64,000 nt of DNA. Source: Takakia lepidozioides (Eukaryota > Plantae > Bryophyta). The notes under the pieces are model-generated. The model was given only the letters and a program-made list of their open reading frames with translations, did no database searches and was not told the DNA's origin. Below are positions 1-13,633 of the stretch, piece by piece (position 1 is the first letter of the stretch; each line of letters begins with the position of its first letter). The position numbers and the translations under genes were made by a program. The stretch spans positions 42,160,001 through 42,224,000 of the forward strand of contig CM060733.1 in assembly GCA_030704615.1 (NCBI GenBank). Reading direction: 5' to 3'.

Positions 1-344
1 CATGGCTGGTTGTGAAACCCCCGCGGACAGCTACAGAAGTATATATAAGGGGAGTAGTGACCCCGAGAACGGTGCAAGCCCGTTGGTGACCAAAAACTAA
101 TGAGTAAGCAAGCGAGCCGGAAAGCGACCAAAGAGTGGGGAGCTGTTCCGGACTGCCATCTACCAAAGGGAATTCTCCTAGGCCCAAATAGGTGGAGGGT
201 TTAGTGGGAAGCGAAGGGGGACCGTTATGTCCCGGTGAGCAGCCGAAGCTCCAAGTTGGCCCGGGCGGCCAGGTTGGGAGTCAGGCGCGCGCATCAAAGC
301 GAGTAACTACAACTTGGGAGCTTACAGAAGTGAGGTGCGCGACA
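1..344 (+). repeat. 3' part of the 5' LTR of element A
   Basis: Near-identical to 6252-6598; ends GTGCGCGACA just before the PBS. Confidence 0.93.
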
Positions 345-346
345 CT

Positions 347-358
347 TGGTATCAGAGC
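347..358 (+). promoter_or_regulatory. Primer-binding site (tRNA-iMet) of element A
   Basis: TGGTATCAGAGC 2 nt after the LTR-terminal CA. Confidence 0.93.
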
Positions 359-399
359 TTAGAGTTCAGTACGCAATCGTCGTTGGGATTGGCCTCATC

Positions 400-3300
400 A
401 TGGGGTCGGGCAAGCCAAAGCGAAAGCGGAACGGCCCAAAAGATGATGATCCTGGTGAGCCCGATGGGGGCGACGTGTCACCGAAGCGGCCGTTTGAGGA
501 AGCGACGCAGGTTTCTGAAAACGAGGCCGCTCAAGAGCGGGAGGAATCCAAGGAGTCGGAGCCCGAGGAATCCGTGAGAGCTCCGACCGACCAACAGATG
601 CCTCCCATGCCGGCAGCCTTTTGGGAAGGGTTGTTGGCGCAGTTTGGCGGGACGTTGAAAGACGTGTTGAAGGCGGCTAACGCCACTTCCACTAAGGCAA
701 AGTTTAAGGTGAAGCCTAAGGAACCCGGCACCTTCGAGGGCGTCTGAAATTGGAAGGCACTCAACACCTGGCTCCTGGAGCTAGAGCAGTACTTCCGGGC
801 GGCCAAGTTGAGTGACGAGGATCGGGTGGAAGTGGCTCCCACCTATTTGAGGGGCTATGCCCAACAATGGTAGCAGAAACGCCTTCACGATCGAGGCCCA
901 AGCCCGGAAACCTTGAACTGGAGTGGGTTCAAGGAATTGACGAAGAGACAGTTTGTGCCCCTCAACGCGTCCTGGCTTGCCCGGGACAAGATGAGGAATT
1001 TGAAGCAAACAGATGACATTCGGGGGTATGTCCAGGCTTTCAATGTGCTATTGCTCGAAGTCGCGGACATGGCAGAACCAGAAATGGTCTTCAACTTTGT
1101 GGCGGGACTGGCCCCATGGGCCAGGCGGAAGTTGGAGGAGAAGCCACCTAAAACTTTGAACGAGGCAATTGAGAGGGCTGAATGTTTCTCGGATGTCCCT
1201 AGGGGTGAGAGACAAGGCCGTACGGAGCTGAACCACAAGAAGACCCGGCGGGAAGGTGACTCCTTCCGACCGGAAAAGAAGTGGGATAGGCCACGCGGTG
1301 ACAATGGCACGTGGAAATCGAAGGGAGGGCCTTCACACGTCAAGGCGACACCCGGTGCTTCAAAAGGAAAAGCGGGTGGAGCGGCTTATGGCGGACAGAA
1401 GGCGACCTTTGATGGAGTGTGTTTCAATTGCGGGGAGCCCGGGCACATGGCCAAGAAGTGCACGAAACCTCGACAATTGAACATGACTCGGGCAACCACG
1501 GAGCTGTCGGAAGATACCATCAGTCGCTTGGTGGAAGCGGTGGTCGCCAGGACTTGCAAGGTAGGCAAATTTTCTTGTGAGTTGTATCAGGAAACTGGCG
1601 CCTTACGTAAAGGGAGTCAGTTATTGTTCGTGGATGGGAAAATATCCGGAACTAACGTGTCGTTGTTGGTGGACACAGGAGCGTCGCACTCCTTCATGAC
1701 ACCGGCAACGGCACAAAAGCTGGGACTCCCGACAAGTGACGTGGGGGCCTCTATTGAGGTGCGTTCTGCCAAAGGAGAACCACAGATGGCGACAAGGTTG
1801 GCGTTTGATGTTCCTCTTCAACTGGGGAGTTGGGAGGGACGTGAGAACTTCACCATCTGCGAGATCGATGGAGTGGATCTCATTTTGGGGATGACCTTTT
1901 TGAGCAAATCCGGAGCGGTCATAGATGGCCGCAAGAGAGTAGTCACGCTACCATGTGGGAATGGTGGCGAGGTCTTACGAGTGTCGGAAACGCCCAAATC
2001 CGTGGGAGGGCGAATAAACCTTCTGTCAGCAAGGGAGTGGGCCGTAGAGGAGGCACACGAGCCCCAATTTTTGCTTTACATTAGAGAAGTGAAAAGAGAA
2101 GGCGATGGGGAGCCGAGCCCAGATTGGATCAAGGGGATTTTGGAGAAATACCAGGATGTGATGCCGGAGGATTTACCAAGCGGCTTGCCACCGCGAAGAG
2201 GAGTTGATCACAAGATTGAGGTGATACCGGGATCGGAACCGCCTGCCAAGGCGCCCTACCGGTTGAGCCACAGAGAGTTGGTCGAGCTGAAGACTCAGCT
2301 CAAGGATCTAATGTCAAAGGGGTACATTTGGCCGAGTAAGTCACCTTACGGAGCCCCGGTGCTATTTGCAGACAAGAAGGATGGGACGCTGCGGATGTGT
2401 GTCGATTACAGGGCTCTGAATAAGGTGACTATCAAAAACCGGTACCCTTTGCCAAGGATTGACGACCTCTTCGATCGGTTGGCAGGAGCGAAGTATTTCA
2501 GCCGGATCGACTTGCGCTCCGGCTATCACCAAATTCGGGTGGCGGAAGGAGATGAGGAGAAGACCGCGTGCAGGACAAGGTATGGTTCATATGAGTTCTT
2601 GGTGATGCCTTTTGGGCTCACCAATGCACCAGCGACATTTAGCACGCTGATGAACAGCCTTTTCCAGGAGTGGTTGGATGACTTTGTGATCGTGTACATC
2701 GACGACATCTTGGTGTACTCGAAAACAAAGGAGGAGCACCTGGAGCACCTCAAAAGGGTGTTCCAAAAATTGCGAGAAGGGAAGCTGTATGCCAAAGCTT
2801 CAAAGTGCGAATTCGGGGTCACAAAAGTGGAGTTCTTGGGGCATGTGATTACACAGGATGGGATCAAAATGGATGACAGAAAGGTGAGGGCGATCTTGGA
2901 CTGGGAGCCTCCGACTTCGGTCCCGGGAGTGCGATCCTTCCTAGGACTCGCCTCCTATTACCGGAAGTATGTGAGAAATTTCGCCAAGATTGCGGGGGCC
3001 GCTGTCAGACCTTCTGTGTAAATCTAAAATCTGGGCATGGAACACCTTTTGTGGCCAAGCTTTTGCTGAATTGAAGCAGCGGATGGCGGAAGCTCCAGTC
3101 TTGAAAATCCCGGAGTTCGATCGTCCGTTCAAGATACACACAGATGCGTGGACTTCGCGATTGGGGGTGTACTGATGCAAGATGGACGTCCAGTGGCTTA
3201 CGAAAGTAAGAAACTGAATGAAGTGGAGCGACGGTGGCCGACGCACGAGAAAGAGATGAAGGCGGTGGTGCACTGTCTTGAGCTTTGGCGCCACTATGTT

Positions 3301-4962
3301 GGTTCCAACCCAGTGAAGGTGTTCACGGACAATGTCACGGTGAAGTATTTTGCCACGCAGCCCAAGTTGTCCCCAAAACAACTTAGGTGGCAAGATACTT
3401 TGGCGGTGTTCGACGTGGATATCCAGTACAAACCGGGATGAGACAACATGGTGGCCGATGCTTTAAGTAGAAAGCATCAGCTCTTGTTGGTGTACAAGGG
3501 CGAGACGGCGCTCCAAAGGAAGATCCGGAAGGCTTGCCGGAAGGATGAGCTGGCGAAGTCCGTGATGCAGGACTTGAGGATGGGGGTTAAATCGCAGTTC
3601 CACTTGCAAAATGGACTGCTCCGGTATAAGCAAAAACGTCTCTACGTGCCGAAGGGAGGGATCAGAGATAGCCTCTTGAGAGAATGCCATGATAGCCCGC
3701 TTGCGGGCCACGGCGGAGCCAAGCGCACTGCGGCACTCTTGAAGAAAGAGTATTTCTGGCCCAAACTGAGGGAGGAGGCAGAGGAGTATGTCAAGACATG
3801 CACCACATGCCAACAAAACCGGAGCGAGTACAAAAAGCAAGCGGGGCTGTTACAACCCTTGCCGATTCCAGAGGGGACTTGGGAAAGCGTCTCGATGGAT
3901 TTCATGACTGTTATGCCGCTGTCAAAAGGATTCGATGCAATCATGGTGGTGGTGGACAGGTTCAGTAAAATGGGCCATTTCATCCCCACCGAGGAGACGG
4001 CAACGGCGCAGGAGACAGGGCGACTTTACTTCGCCCACATCTTAAAGCATCATGGAGTCCCGAAGGATATTGTCTCGGACCGCGATCCAAAGTTTACGAG
4101 TAAATTTTGGAGGGCACTTTGGAAGAAGATGGGGACGAGGCTGAAGATGAGCACCGCCTTCCGACCTACGACCGACGGCCAAACAGAAAGGGTGAATTCC
4201 GTAGTGAAGCAGATCTTGCGGAATTACGTGTCGGCAGACCAAACAGACTGGGTGGAACACTTAGACGCGGCAGAGTTCTGTTATAATAATACAGAACACT
4301 CCGCAACGGGAGTTTCCCCTTTCGTATTGGTCTATGGAAAAACACCTCTGGTGCCGACAAGTTGGGCCGCCCAGGACGTTGAGGAACCGGCAGTAGCGGC
4401 GGTACTGGAAGAACGCGAGCGTTTGTTGAAGATCGCAAAGTACAACATTGCCAAAGCTAGGAAACGTTATGAAAGGCAGGCGAATCGGAAGCGGAGGGAA
4501 GTGAAGTTTGAGGCAGGCACAGAGGTCTAGTTGAACATCAAGAATTTCCGACTACCTCCGGAAGTGAGTCCGAAGTTCGTACCTCCGTATGCGGGACCCT
4601 TTCGCATTCGGAAGGTTATGAATGAGGATGTGTATGAATTGGAGCTGCCGGAAAACAGCAAGGTGCACCCAGTATTCCATGTCTCCCTTTTGAAGCCTTA
4701 CTTCAAAGATGAAGCGCGTCCGAATCGGCATCAAGTGTTGCGTCCGCCACCTATGCTGTTGGATCATGAAAATGAACCTGAGTACGAGGTGGAGGCAATA
4801 CTTAAGTCGAGGAGGTTCAGGAACCGAGAAACGGAGTATCTCGTCAAATGGAAGGGCTATCATCATGTGGAGGCATCTTGGGTGCGTGCCTCAGAAATGG
4901 GAAACGCATCCGAGGCGGTTGCAGCTTTCGAAGGGCGACCTCAAAAGCGGAAGAAGCGTTGA
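400..4962 (+). pseudogene. gag-pol: gag-pol of element A (zinc knuckle, protease, RT, RNase H, integrase, chromodomain), disrupted
   Basis: [14 protein letters not shown]; [10 protein letters not shown]; YIDD; integrase SMDF/SDRD/GQTER and GPF; chromodomain EYEVEAIL...EYLVKWKGY...SW. In-frame stops at 745, 871, 3439 and 4528; frameshifts near 3000 and 3148. Confidence 0.93.
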
Positions 4963-5866
4963 TGGGGACATCAACCTTGGACGTGGGGGAGGAAATGCAT
5001 GCTTAGCCCGGCTTAGCTAGCTTAGGAATCCGATTGCAAAAACTTGTATTGTACAAAACGTGCTATAAATGAAATGGATTCCAAATGTTGTGCGTCCTAA
5101 TTTGTTTGGAATGGTGATGCATGGTATGGTTGGCTAGTGTGTAGAATGCATGCTAGCTTATAAAAGTGGAAGAGGTAAATTGGGTTAATCGTGTGTTTCC
5201 GTAGTGCCGAAATCGGGTGACCCCCATCCAAGGGGCAAGGAAACTTGCGCCTTCTTTGGGAGTTCACGTGCTAGTGCGCACCTGGCGCGTGCGCGTACTA
5301 TAACTGCGCTACCGAGGGGGTTGCCTTGTAGTGCGGGCTAACGCGGAAGCTACGTGCTTCCGTTCACGTACTATAATCGTGTAGCCTCGGGACGAAGTCG
5401 TAGTGCGGCTTCGGCGTGTTCCCGTACCTCAGGCCAGCATTCCAAGGCGAACCCAATTGTAGTGATCGGGGCGCACGGTTGGTTCAAGGTTATTTTCCTA
5501 GTCAAAGAGGGTTCCAGGTGAACCCTTGCTCAAGGTGATGCCAAAAGTGGCATCATGAGCGATCGCAAGCAATGTTGTTGCAGTAAGGCGATTCGATCCT
5601 CGGGGAGGATCATTCCTTGGCCTTGAAGTAGGCCAAGAAGAGTGCACTGGGAGGAGCTGGAGAGGCTCCACCCTTGGCCGGGACTTGGAGGAAGTCGGCC
5701 GAACTAGCTAGTGGAGAGTAGAGTCAAGTGTGGGGTTTGGTTCTTTGCCATGGGACGCCATGGTACGGAAACAAACTCCTTGATGTGGGACGCCACAACT
5801 TGGATGTTCGTTTCTACAAAATGGACAAGTCGATGAGGACATCGACTCCCTGTTGGTAGGGGTGTG

Positions 5867-6598
5867 TGTTGCGGCCCTTTGCCTTGAGGGCAGGGGGGGG
5901 TCGGGACACATGAGGGGCTGCCCCTATGGTGGGGGCAACGGCAGCGATAGGTATGGGGGGGCTGAAGCACCCTTGAGTGCCCAAAGGCACTCAAGGAGGC
6001 GGAGGCGCTCACTAGGTGGAGCCCCGCACACCGGGTTGCGGTGGGGGTGGCTCCACAAGGGGTGGTGGTAGCTTAGTGGGACTTAGTGGGGGTGGCATAG
6101 GACTCACCATGGGGGCGGAGACCTTGTGGTGGGAGTCGTGGGGAGTCTTGGGACTCATCACGGTCCATAGGGGCCGTGGTGAGTGGGCCAAGACTCACCG
6201 AGACTCATCACCGGGAGTCGAGGGTTTTCGTGGTGGTTCGCCATAAAATGGCATGGCTGGTTGTGAAACCCCCGCGGACAGCTACAGAAGTATATATAAG
6301 GGGAGTAGTGACCCCGAGAACGGTGCAAGCCCGTTGGTGACCAAAAACTAGTGAGTAAGCGAGCGAGCCGGAAAGCGACCAAAGAGTGGGGAGCTGTTCC
6401 GGACTGCCATCTACCAAAGGGAATTCTCCTAGGCCCAAATAGGTGGAGGGTTTAGTGGGAAGCGAAGGGGGACCGTTATGTCCCGGTGAGCAGCCGAAGC
6501 TCCAAGTTGGCCCGGGCGGCCAGGTTGGGAGTCAGGCGCGCGCATCAAAGCGAGTAACTACAACTTGAAGGGGAGCTACCGAAGTGAGGTGCGCGACA
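5867..6598 (+). repeat. 3' LTR of element A (~732 bp)
   Basis: TGTTGCGG...CGCGACA termini; start fixed by the separate LTR 5'-end copy at 26244-26287 (TGTCGCGG on minus). Confidence 0.85.
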
Positions 6599-6915
6599 TG
6601 CTGACTGCCGCATCTACCAGTACCTACGACGTTACTTGGAAATGCGGCGCCGCATTTCCTCGCCGGGGGTCGAATGAGGAAAGCAAAGTTTGGGAGAGCA
6701 GAAAAACAGGAACCCTCCAACACACAAAAATACATGCACGTGGAAACATGAGTGAATTACATAGTATTATCTTAGTTCGAGCAAAACAAGTTACTGGTAG
6801 GCAAGACATAAGTCGGACCTTTCTGTGGCCAGAGTCAGAGCTACTTGCATCAGTACAGTTCTACTATCCGAAAAGGATGGGCGTACCATTGTGTTGGGAC
6901 CGCAAGCCAAGGTCA

Positions 6916-9900
6916 CTAGTCCCCTGGATCCATATTCAGAAGAGTGTGCACCTCTTGGGGGCTCAACCCTGGTGCATGTATGAAGTGATGAGTTGTGGAA
7001 TTACACCGGAGTCTCTTTAGGTACATGTAGTACAGATGCTTGCAAGGGCAGTATGATGCCCCCTTGTTCGCCATGATCTGAAAGTCGGTGCAATTGCAGG
7101 TGGGTAATTCTGAAATGGTGATGGTGTACACCTCATTGCAAACAGCTGAGCCTGTCGTGGCCATCTAATACACACGCCCGAAGCCTGGTGGGGGCACTTC
7201 TGGATTGTACAGTTCATCCGAAGTGCATTCCCCATCCTTGTCTCGTTCACTTTTGAGGGAGGTCGCCGCCTCTTCGGTTTCCCCCAACGGTGTGTAGGAT
7301 GCTTAGAGCTGTCGGGTCCCATTGTTCTTGCTCTCACAGGGGTCGGTGGTGGAGGCTGTGGAAGCGGAAATGGTTGTCTGGGGACGTCAGTGCGCTGCAC
7401 CATCCGAAATCCTGCGGCGGTAAGGGCGTCGGCCTCAACTTGACTCAGATCGCAGCCTGGTTCCACCGGCCACACCGGGGGAGCCTCTGGCATTGTTTGT
7501 ATGCCATACTTGGGCTTTCCATACACGCAAGTCATAATGTCGTGCCTGCAGAACCAGAACTGGGTGGTTGTCGCCTACGAAAATTTGCATGGACAAATCT
7601 TCCTGTAAAAGTAGGAGCAGGGACGGCACCATCTGGATTCCTCCTTATCATCTCTAAACAACGTTGCCGTGTATCCACTCGAATTGCGGAACACCTGCCT
7701 CGAAACGATGGCTTTGTGCGAGCAATTCTCCACTGTGACGCAGACACAGTCGTCTCCACAATGGCTTGGCCATACTGCATAACAGGGGGCGGAATCTGGG
7801 GCAAGCGAGCAGTGGGAATTTCTCGCACGGAATCCCCGCTTGAAGGCGATGGCGATCTGGAATTTCTTGGGCTTCCACTGCTGGAAGACACATTGTGCGG
7901 CAACATGACGGACCCTCGAGGTGCTGTCCGAATGTTCCTGTCGGATCTCCAGGAATCCTCTTTGCACCCGGGTTCCTCTTCAATCCTCCGCCTCACAGGG
8001 CGAGTACGGACGTCCCCCTCTAGGTGCTCACCTCTGCGGTGCAGAGGCGTCCCTTTGATCTTTTCTCGCAATGCTGTCGCCCATTTCAGTGGATTCTTCG
8101 ACCTCGAAGCTGTTCGCACCAACAATTCCTCCCTGTCCGGCCCAAAGTCCCATTGTTTCCCACTCAGGAACTTGTAGTACGTGGCTTGCTGCATGATTGC
8201 TCTGTCGATGTCCTCCATTGTGGCCGTCACTACGTCCACCAGATGTGCGGAAGAAGACGCTCGCCAGGAGGAGTGCACTGATTCTGCCATATTCGTGTTC
8301 GGCATGTCCGTGTCGGAATCCAAGCACCACTCTTACAAGGACACAGACAATGGCGAGGAACCAATGGAAAGGTCCGTAATAGAAAGACAATTGCACGAAA
8401 ATGACAGCATCATACCTCCCGCATGTACTGTCCGAACTGTCGATACCGGAAATGCCACCACCCCAACCAGCTGTGCAAGGCTCCCAGATTGGTTGTCTCC
8501 ACTGCACCTGACGTGTTCCACCAAGCCTCGATGATAGCAAACTTAACCTCTGCGTCATCAAATGTGGGTGCATCCTTCCACGCCGTACAAAGGACACGGT
8601 GTTCAGCCTGGAATGAGCTAGCAACAAATCTGGTAGTGTAGTGGGATAGACTCTGCATCCAATGGAATCCACAGGATCTCTCTTTCCCCTCCATTGGCAC
8701 ATTGGGGTCCTCACCGTACACACACCGCACCGCTGCCCAGTTGGCCTGAGCGTTGTCTGCCATGAATCCCCTGAAATTGGGCTCTAGCAATCCCGCCCTT
8801 GCTATCTGCTCGTTTATGCCCTCCCACAGATGCATCTTCAACTGTGTGTCCTCCCCTTTCATCTCGCAGATTGCAATCGTCATGAGCCTCTTGGAGTGAT
8901 AGTCATAAACATGCGCACCCATAGTCACCCACTGATGGTTTGTAATTCGCTTGATGTGATCAAACATCACCCAAGCATTCGACAGGTTTCCAGTTGTCAT
9001 GCGAGTGACCAAGTCGACTCCACTCCCAGGCCCACACGTTGACATTTTAAAAATGTAACAACGATCGGATTCGCTGCCTTGCCCTGGAAACCTGCTACCT
9101 TGGATGTAGTCATATCCAGTCATTTGTTTCACCTCCAGGATTGAGTGCATGTTTGACCCCCGGCCGAACTCCTGCTTACAAGATACGATGTGATTCCGCA
9201 CATTCGGACTACAAACGTGCGAGACGGACTCCAACAGGTCAAGCATCTCCTCTTTGTTCAAGGGCACTCGGTCTGAACCATCTTTAGACATGATTTTGCC
9301 AAGAGCAATCTTGTGGGCTGCCTTCAGATGAATATGCTTTGGTCTGGCTCCGGGGCTCAATTTCACCTCCTCTTTTATGATGTCGTGTGCTTCCTGCACA
9401 GCCTCATGCATGTTGCCTCTCGCCAAGGGGTGGCAGTGGACCCCAACGTGTATGCAAGCTCTAGTCAAGTCCGGGAGCAAATGGATAACGTAATATTGCT
9501 TGGCTCTGCTTATGGACATGCACGTCGGTGGTTCTTTGCAATGTGCGCACTTGAAAGTACCTGCAGGAGCTTGGCTGGAGACAATGAATAGATGATGCGT
9601 TGTGCCAGTCCAATCCGTCTTGTTTCTCCGCCCTCCTTTGGAAAGAAAGTGGAAGCAGGCGGGATTCAGGCACCTCAGCTTCCCCGCACAGAGGACGTAT
9701 CGTACATGAACACCATCAGCAATTTTCGTGCTACTGGTCTTCGTCACACACCAGGGGTGTCCGTCGTGCTTTCGATCCATGTCTGTTAACATCCCTGAGG
9801 CTTTGTTTGAGGAAGTAACAGGTGGAAACTCGAAGATGACATTGCCATCGACTTCGGGAGGCAGATACGTTACCTTCCTGACCGGAAATTTGGCATAGTT

Positions 9901-10509
9901 GAGAGCAGCCAGCTCGGAGCGAGAACCATCGAGGTGATGTTGTCGTAGGAGCTGCACAATGGACCGGGTTGGAGTTATGCTCGAGAGTACATGCGTAGCA
10001 CCTGCAGAGACGTCCATCTCGGATTTGAACGACCGTGTGGAGGACATGGGGACCTCAATGCACTCATCTTCATCGTCGGAAATGTCGAATACGTCCACAC
10101 GAGAAGCTATGGAGGGTCTTGACGGTCCAAGTCGGGAATGATTATCGTTGCATACCTCTCTATTGGCAGTGGCCGCCTGTCGGTTTCCGGACTCCTTTGT
10201 GGATGGTGTGGGCAGCGACTGATTCGGAAAGGGAATGGGCATTCCCACAGCTCGGTACAGGATGGTGTCTGATGGGGGTACGTGCCATTCGATTCCGCAA
10301 CCTCCGTCGTTACCTAGCACGACAATGGTCTCATCAACCTGTCCAGGAACATCATTCCTTTCTTCTTCCAAATAAACTGTGCCCGGTTTGAGCTTGAATT
10401 TAGAACAAAGGTAAGTTTCAGTCACTCTGCAAAGTCCTCCCTCGTTTGGGATCCAGGCTCTCCCAAGTTGCAGAGGACAGCAAACTATAGCGTAGGAATT
10501 CGGAGCCAT
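6916..10509 (-). pseudogene. MULE DDE transposase with SWIM finger, disrupted copy
   Basis: VMFDHIKR, FMADNAQA, CGFH, TNMAESVH, CNCTDF...CPCKH; frameshifts near 7578 and 7200; stop at ~7165. Confidence 0.87.
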
Positions 10510-10945
10510 CGAACACCGCACGAAGTTGGCAAGTGCGAGGTTCAGTATAGCGACAGACGAAGACTCACAGGCACCATGCGGAGTCCATCGACGATTGGAA
10601 GTCGCACATTGAAGTGGAAAGTATTGTTTCAAGCTACATGCATGAAGGTGGGAGGTGTGATTCCATAGCCAGTAAGTTAGACAATGATGGCCGAATCGGC
10701 GACAAAATAACATCTCCTTACAGTTTCTCCTGAGGGTGGATCCAGCAGTATTCTCGGTACAGACAGGAGCGTTCGCACTGACAAGTGCCAGGACTGTTAG
10801 TGAAAACGGTCAGACAACCAAGTTGTGCTCATCAAGACAGGCCGCAATTCTGTTGTTTCGGAACAATGCAACCCATTCAGGTTCAGCATGCGGAAATGAG
10901 GTTTCAGATTTCCGTCCGGAGTGATTCTTTCGATTGCTGCTGGAC

Positions 10946-12450
10946 GGAAATACGGCGCCGCATTTCCGTATTGCATCTTGGTCATGCACCAGAGCGACGG
11001 GAATGCGGCACCGAGTTTCCGTCCGGGGGAAACCTTTACACTCTCCAGAACGGAAATGCGGTAACGCATTTCCATCCAGCAAGCACGGTATGTGAAGGTG
11101 GAACGGAAATGCGGTACCGCATTTCCATTCTGATTGAGAATCATGAAAAACGGGAACAGAAATGCGGCACCGCATTTCCGTCCGAGTCGCACTTTGCGAC
11201 ATTCCAGAACGGAAATGCGGCGCCGCATTTCCGTCCGAGTCGCACTTTCCAACATTCCAGAACGGAAATGCGGCACCGCATTTCCGCCCGGGTGAGACCT
11301 TCATACTCTCCAGAACGGAAATGCGGTAATGCATTTCCATCCAGCAAGCACGGTATGTGAAGGTGGAACGGAAATGCGGTACCGCATTTCCGTTCTGATT
11401 GAGAATTATGAACAACGGGAACAGAAATGCGGCGCCGCATTTCCGTTTTGTATCTGATGCATGGAGCCGAGTGCAATTTCGACCGCTTGAGACATTCATA
11501 CTATCCAGAACGGATATGCGGTACCGCATTTCCGTTCTGACTGAAAATCGTGAACCATCGGAACTGAAATGCGGCAGCGCATTTCCATCCGAGTCGCACC
11601 TCCCTCACAAGCTAGAAAGAAAATGCGGCACCGCATTTCCGCCCGGGTTAGACCTTCATACTCCCCAGAACGGAAATGCGGCACCGCATTTCCGCCCGGG
11701 TGGGACCTTCATACTCTCCAGAACGGAAATGCGGTACAGCATTTCCGTCGGAGTCGCACCTTCCGACATTCCAAAACGGAAATGCGGCGCCGCATTTCCG
11801 TTTTGTATGTGAGGCATAGAGCTTTGGAACGAAAATGCGGCACCGCATTTCCACCAGGGTCAGACCTTAATACTCTACAGAACGGAAATGCGGTACCGCA
11901 TTTCCGTTCTAACTGAAAATCGTCAACAGCGGGAACAGAAATGCGTCGCCGCATTTCCGTTTTGTATATGAGGCCTGGAGCTGTGGGACGGAAATGCGGT
12001 GCCGCATTCCCATCCATGTGAGACCTTCAAACTTTCCAGACCGGAAATGCGGCACCGCATTTCCGTTCAGCTGAGACCTCTATACTTTCCCGAACGGAAA
12101 TGTGGCACTGCATTTCCGTTCATCAACTAAGGTATGTGAAGGGGGAACGGAAATGCGGTACCGCATTTCCTTTCAGATTGAAAATCATGAACCACGGGAA
12201 CTGAAATGTTGTGCCGCATTTCGTCCGGATCGCACGTTTCGACATTCCTGAACGGAAATGCGGCGCCGCATTTCCCTTTTGAATGTCATACATGGAGCTG
12301 TGGGACGGAATTGGGGCACCGTATTTCCGTTCAACAACTAAGGTATGTAAAGGTGGAACGGAAATGCGGTGCCGCATTTTCTTCCAACAAGCACGGATGT
12401 GTAGCTTCGTGATGGTACTTAACGGAAATGCGGCGCCGCATTCGCATTTT
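10946..12450. repeat. Array of ~28-29 22-bp palindromes GGAAATGCGGNNCCGCATTTCC, mostly at a 53-bp period
   Basis: Units at 10946, 10999, 11052, 11105, 11158, 11211, 11264, 11317, 11370, 11423 and onward. Confidence 0.93.
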
Positions 12451-12717
12451 CACTGCAACTCCAAATTTGAACACGTGGAGCAACGGAATTGCGGCACATG
12501 TCTGCACTCTATCTGACTGAAGTGGCATGAGGCGGCGCGGCTTGACCGTTGGATAATGATGTTTGTTTTTTGGACGGCAGGCGTATCCTGAACGATTCGA
12601 ATTTCGTAATGACGCAAAGTCCACGAGGAGACACTTTCCTCCAACCATTTCGAACCCAAATGCTGCATCACCGCCGTTTCATCTGCTTTTGTCGTGTCTC
12701 CTCAGTCACCCCTCTCG

Positions 12718-13633
12718 TACAGGGTGAGGAAAACTGGTCTTATTGATCTGCACATGTTCGCGGAAATGCTGGAGCCCGAGCTCATTCAGAAAGCCGTGGC
12801 AAAAACTGACCGGACATGGTATCGTCTCACTATGGATGGAATGGTGGAGGTGATATACAAAGTAAGTCGTCCTCCCATTTCCCTCTGCTCATGCTTCCCC
12901 AATTTCCGGTAATCTTTCCACATGAATCGAATGTAACGCTTCTGCATGTTTTTGTTGGCAGTCAAACATCAAGCTGGATTTGGCCCATGCTAAACACTTC
13001 TTCATGGAAAGTGAGGGGCAGGTCAAAACGTTGCAGTCATTGACTGAGCACTTGAAGGAAGCCGGGGTCAAGTCCATAACGAAATACAAGTCAAAGCTTG
13101 TGAAGCTGGTGGCCATTGCAGATCCGGCACTTGGAAAGGACTTCATCCCCGAGATTGCAAAAAACTATTCTCGGGCCATGCAGCCGACCATGCAGTTGGA
13201 GAAACTGCATCACCTCTCAACGGCATGTGTTGAAGCGAAAGAGAAGGTGATGTTTCAATTCACTGAAGTTCCTTCCTAGCAATAGCCACTCTTCTTCCTG
13301 CTCCTGACATTGGATCGGAAATGGCAGACACGGTGGCTGTCGATCTGAAATGCATCGGAGAGTATAAGGACAATGTGGTCTTTTCCACTCGAAGTTTCCG
13401 ACCCTGCAGTGGATGTGTGGCTCAACCGCATGACTTGGTGGTTCCAGGTAATTCAAGGTACTTCCCCAGAGTTGCTTTTCTGAAATGAATTCCCTGAACT
13501 GCTACGTGACAATGCATGTGGGAATCGCAGGTAATGACGAATGCAAAGGAGCAAGTCGTATTGCATACAAATTCGTTCGGCTTGTACGTCAAATGGGATG
13601 GAACACAGACATTGGAAGACTACGTGACACGTT
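12718..13633 (+). pseudogene. Remnant exons 3-6 of the ParB-like/MTase-like gene in M copy 1
   Basis: Matches exons at 41421-40508; ParB exon deleted; TGG>TGA near 13347; cut by an LTR at 13634. Confidence 0.8.

Larger units (their letters stand above)
1..6598 (+). mobile_element. Ty3/Gypsy chromovirus LTR retrotransposon (element A), decayed; 5' LTR cut by the window edge
   Basis: 1-344 matches 6252-6598; PBS; gag-PR-RT-RH-IN-chromodomain order; 3' flank TGCTG (6599-6603). Confidence 0.95.
6599..13633 (-). mobile_element. MULE family M, copy 1 (truncated, internally deleted, bounded by LTR insertions)
   Basis: Reverse-complement homolog of ~40508-49490; ~1.7-kb deletion at ~12717 joins the equivalents of 43156 and 41421. 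Confidence 0.9.

Noticed and set aside
4996-5866. 3' LTR of element A starting right after pol
   Set aside because: The LTR 5'-end copy with matching TSD at 26244-26292 and the TGTCGCG/CGCGACA termini place the start at 5867
10785-12520. Many overlapping ORFs with MRRRIS/KCGAAFP/GNAAPHF motifs (also 30797-31567, 36898-37666, 43662-45250)
   Set aside because: Translation artefacts of the palindrome on both strands
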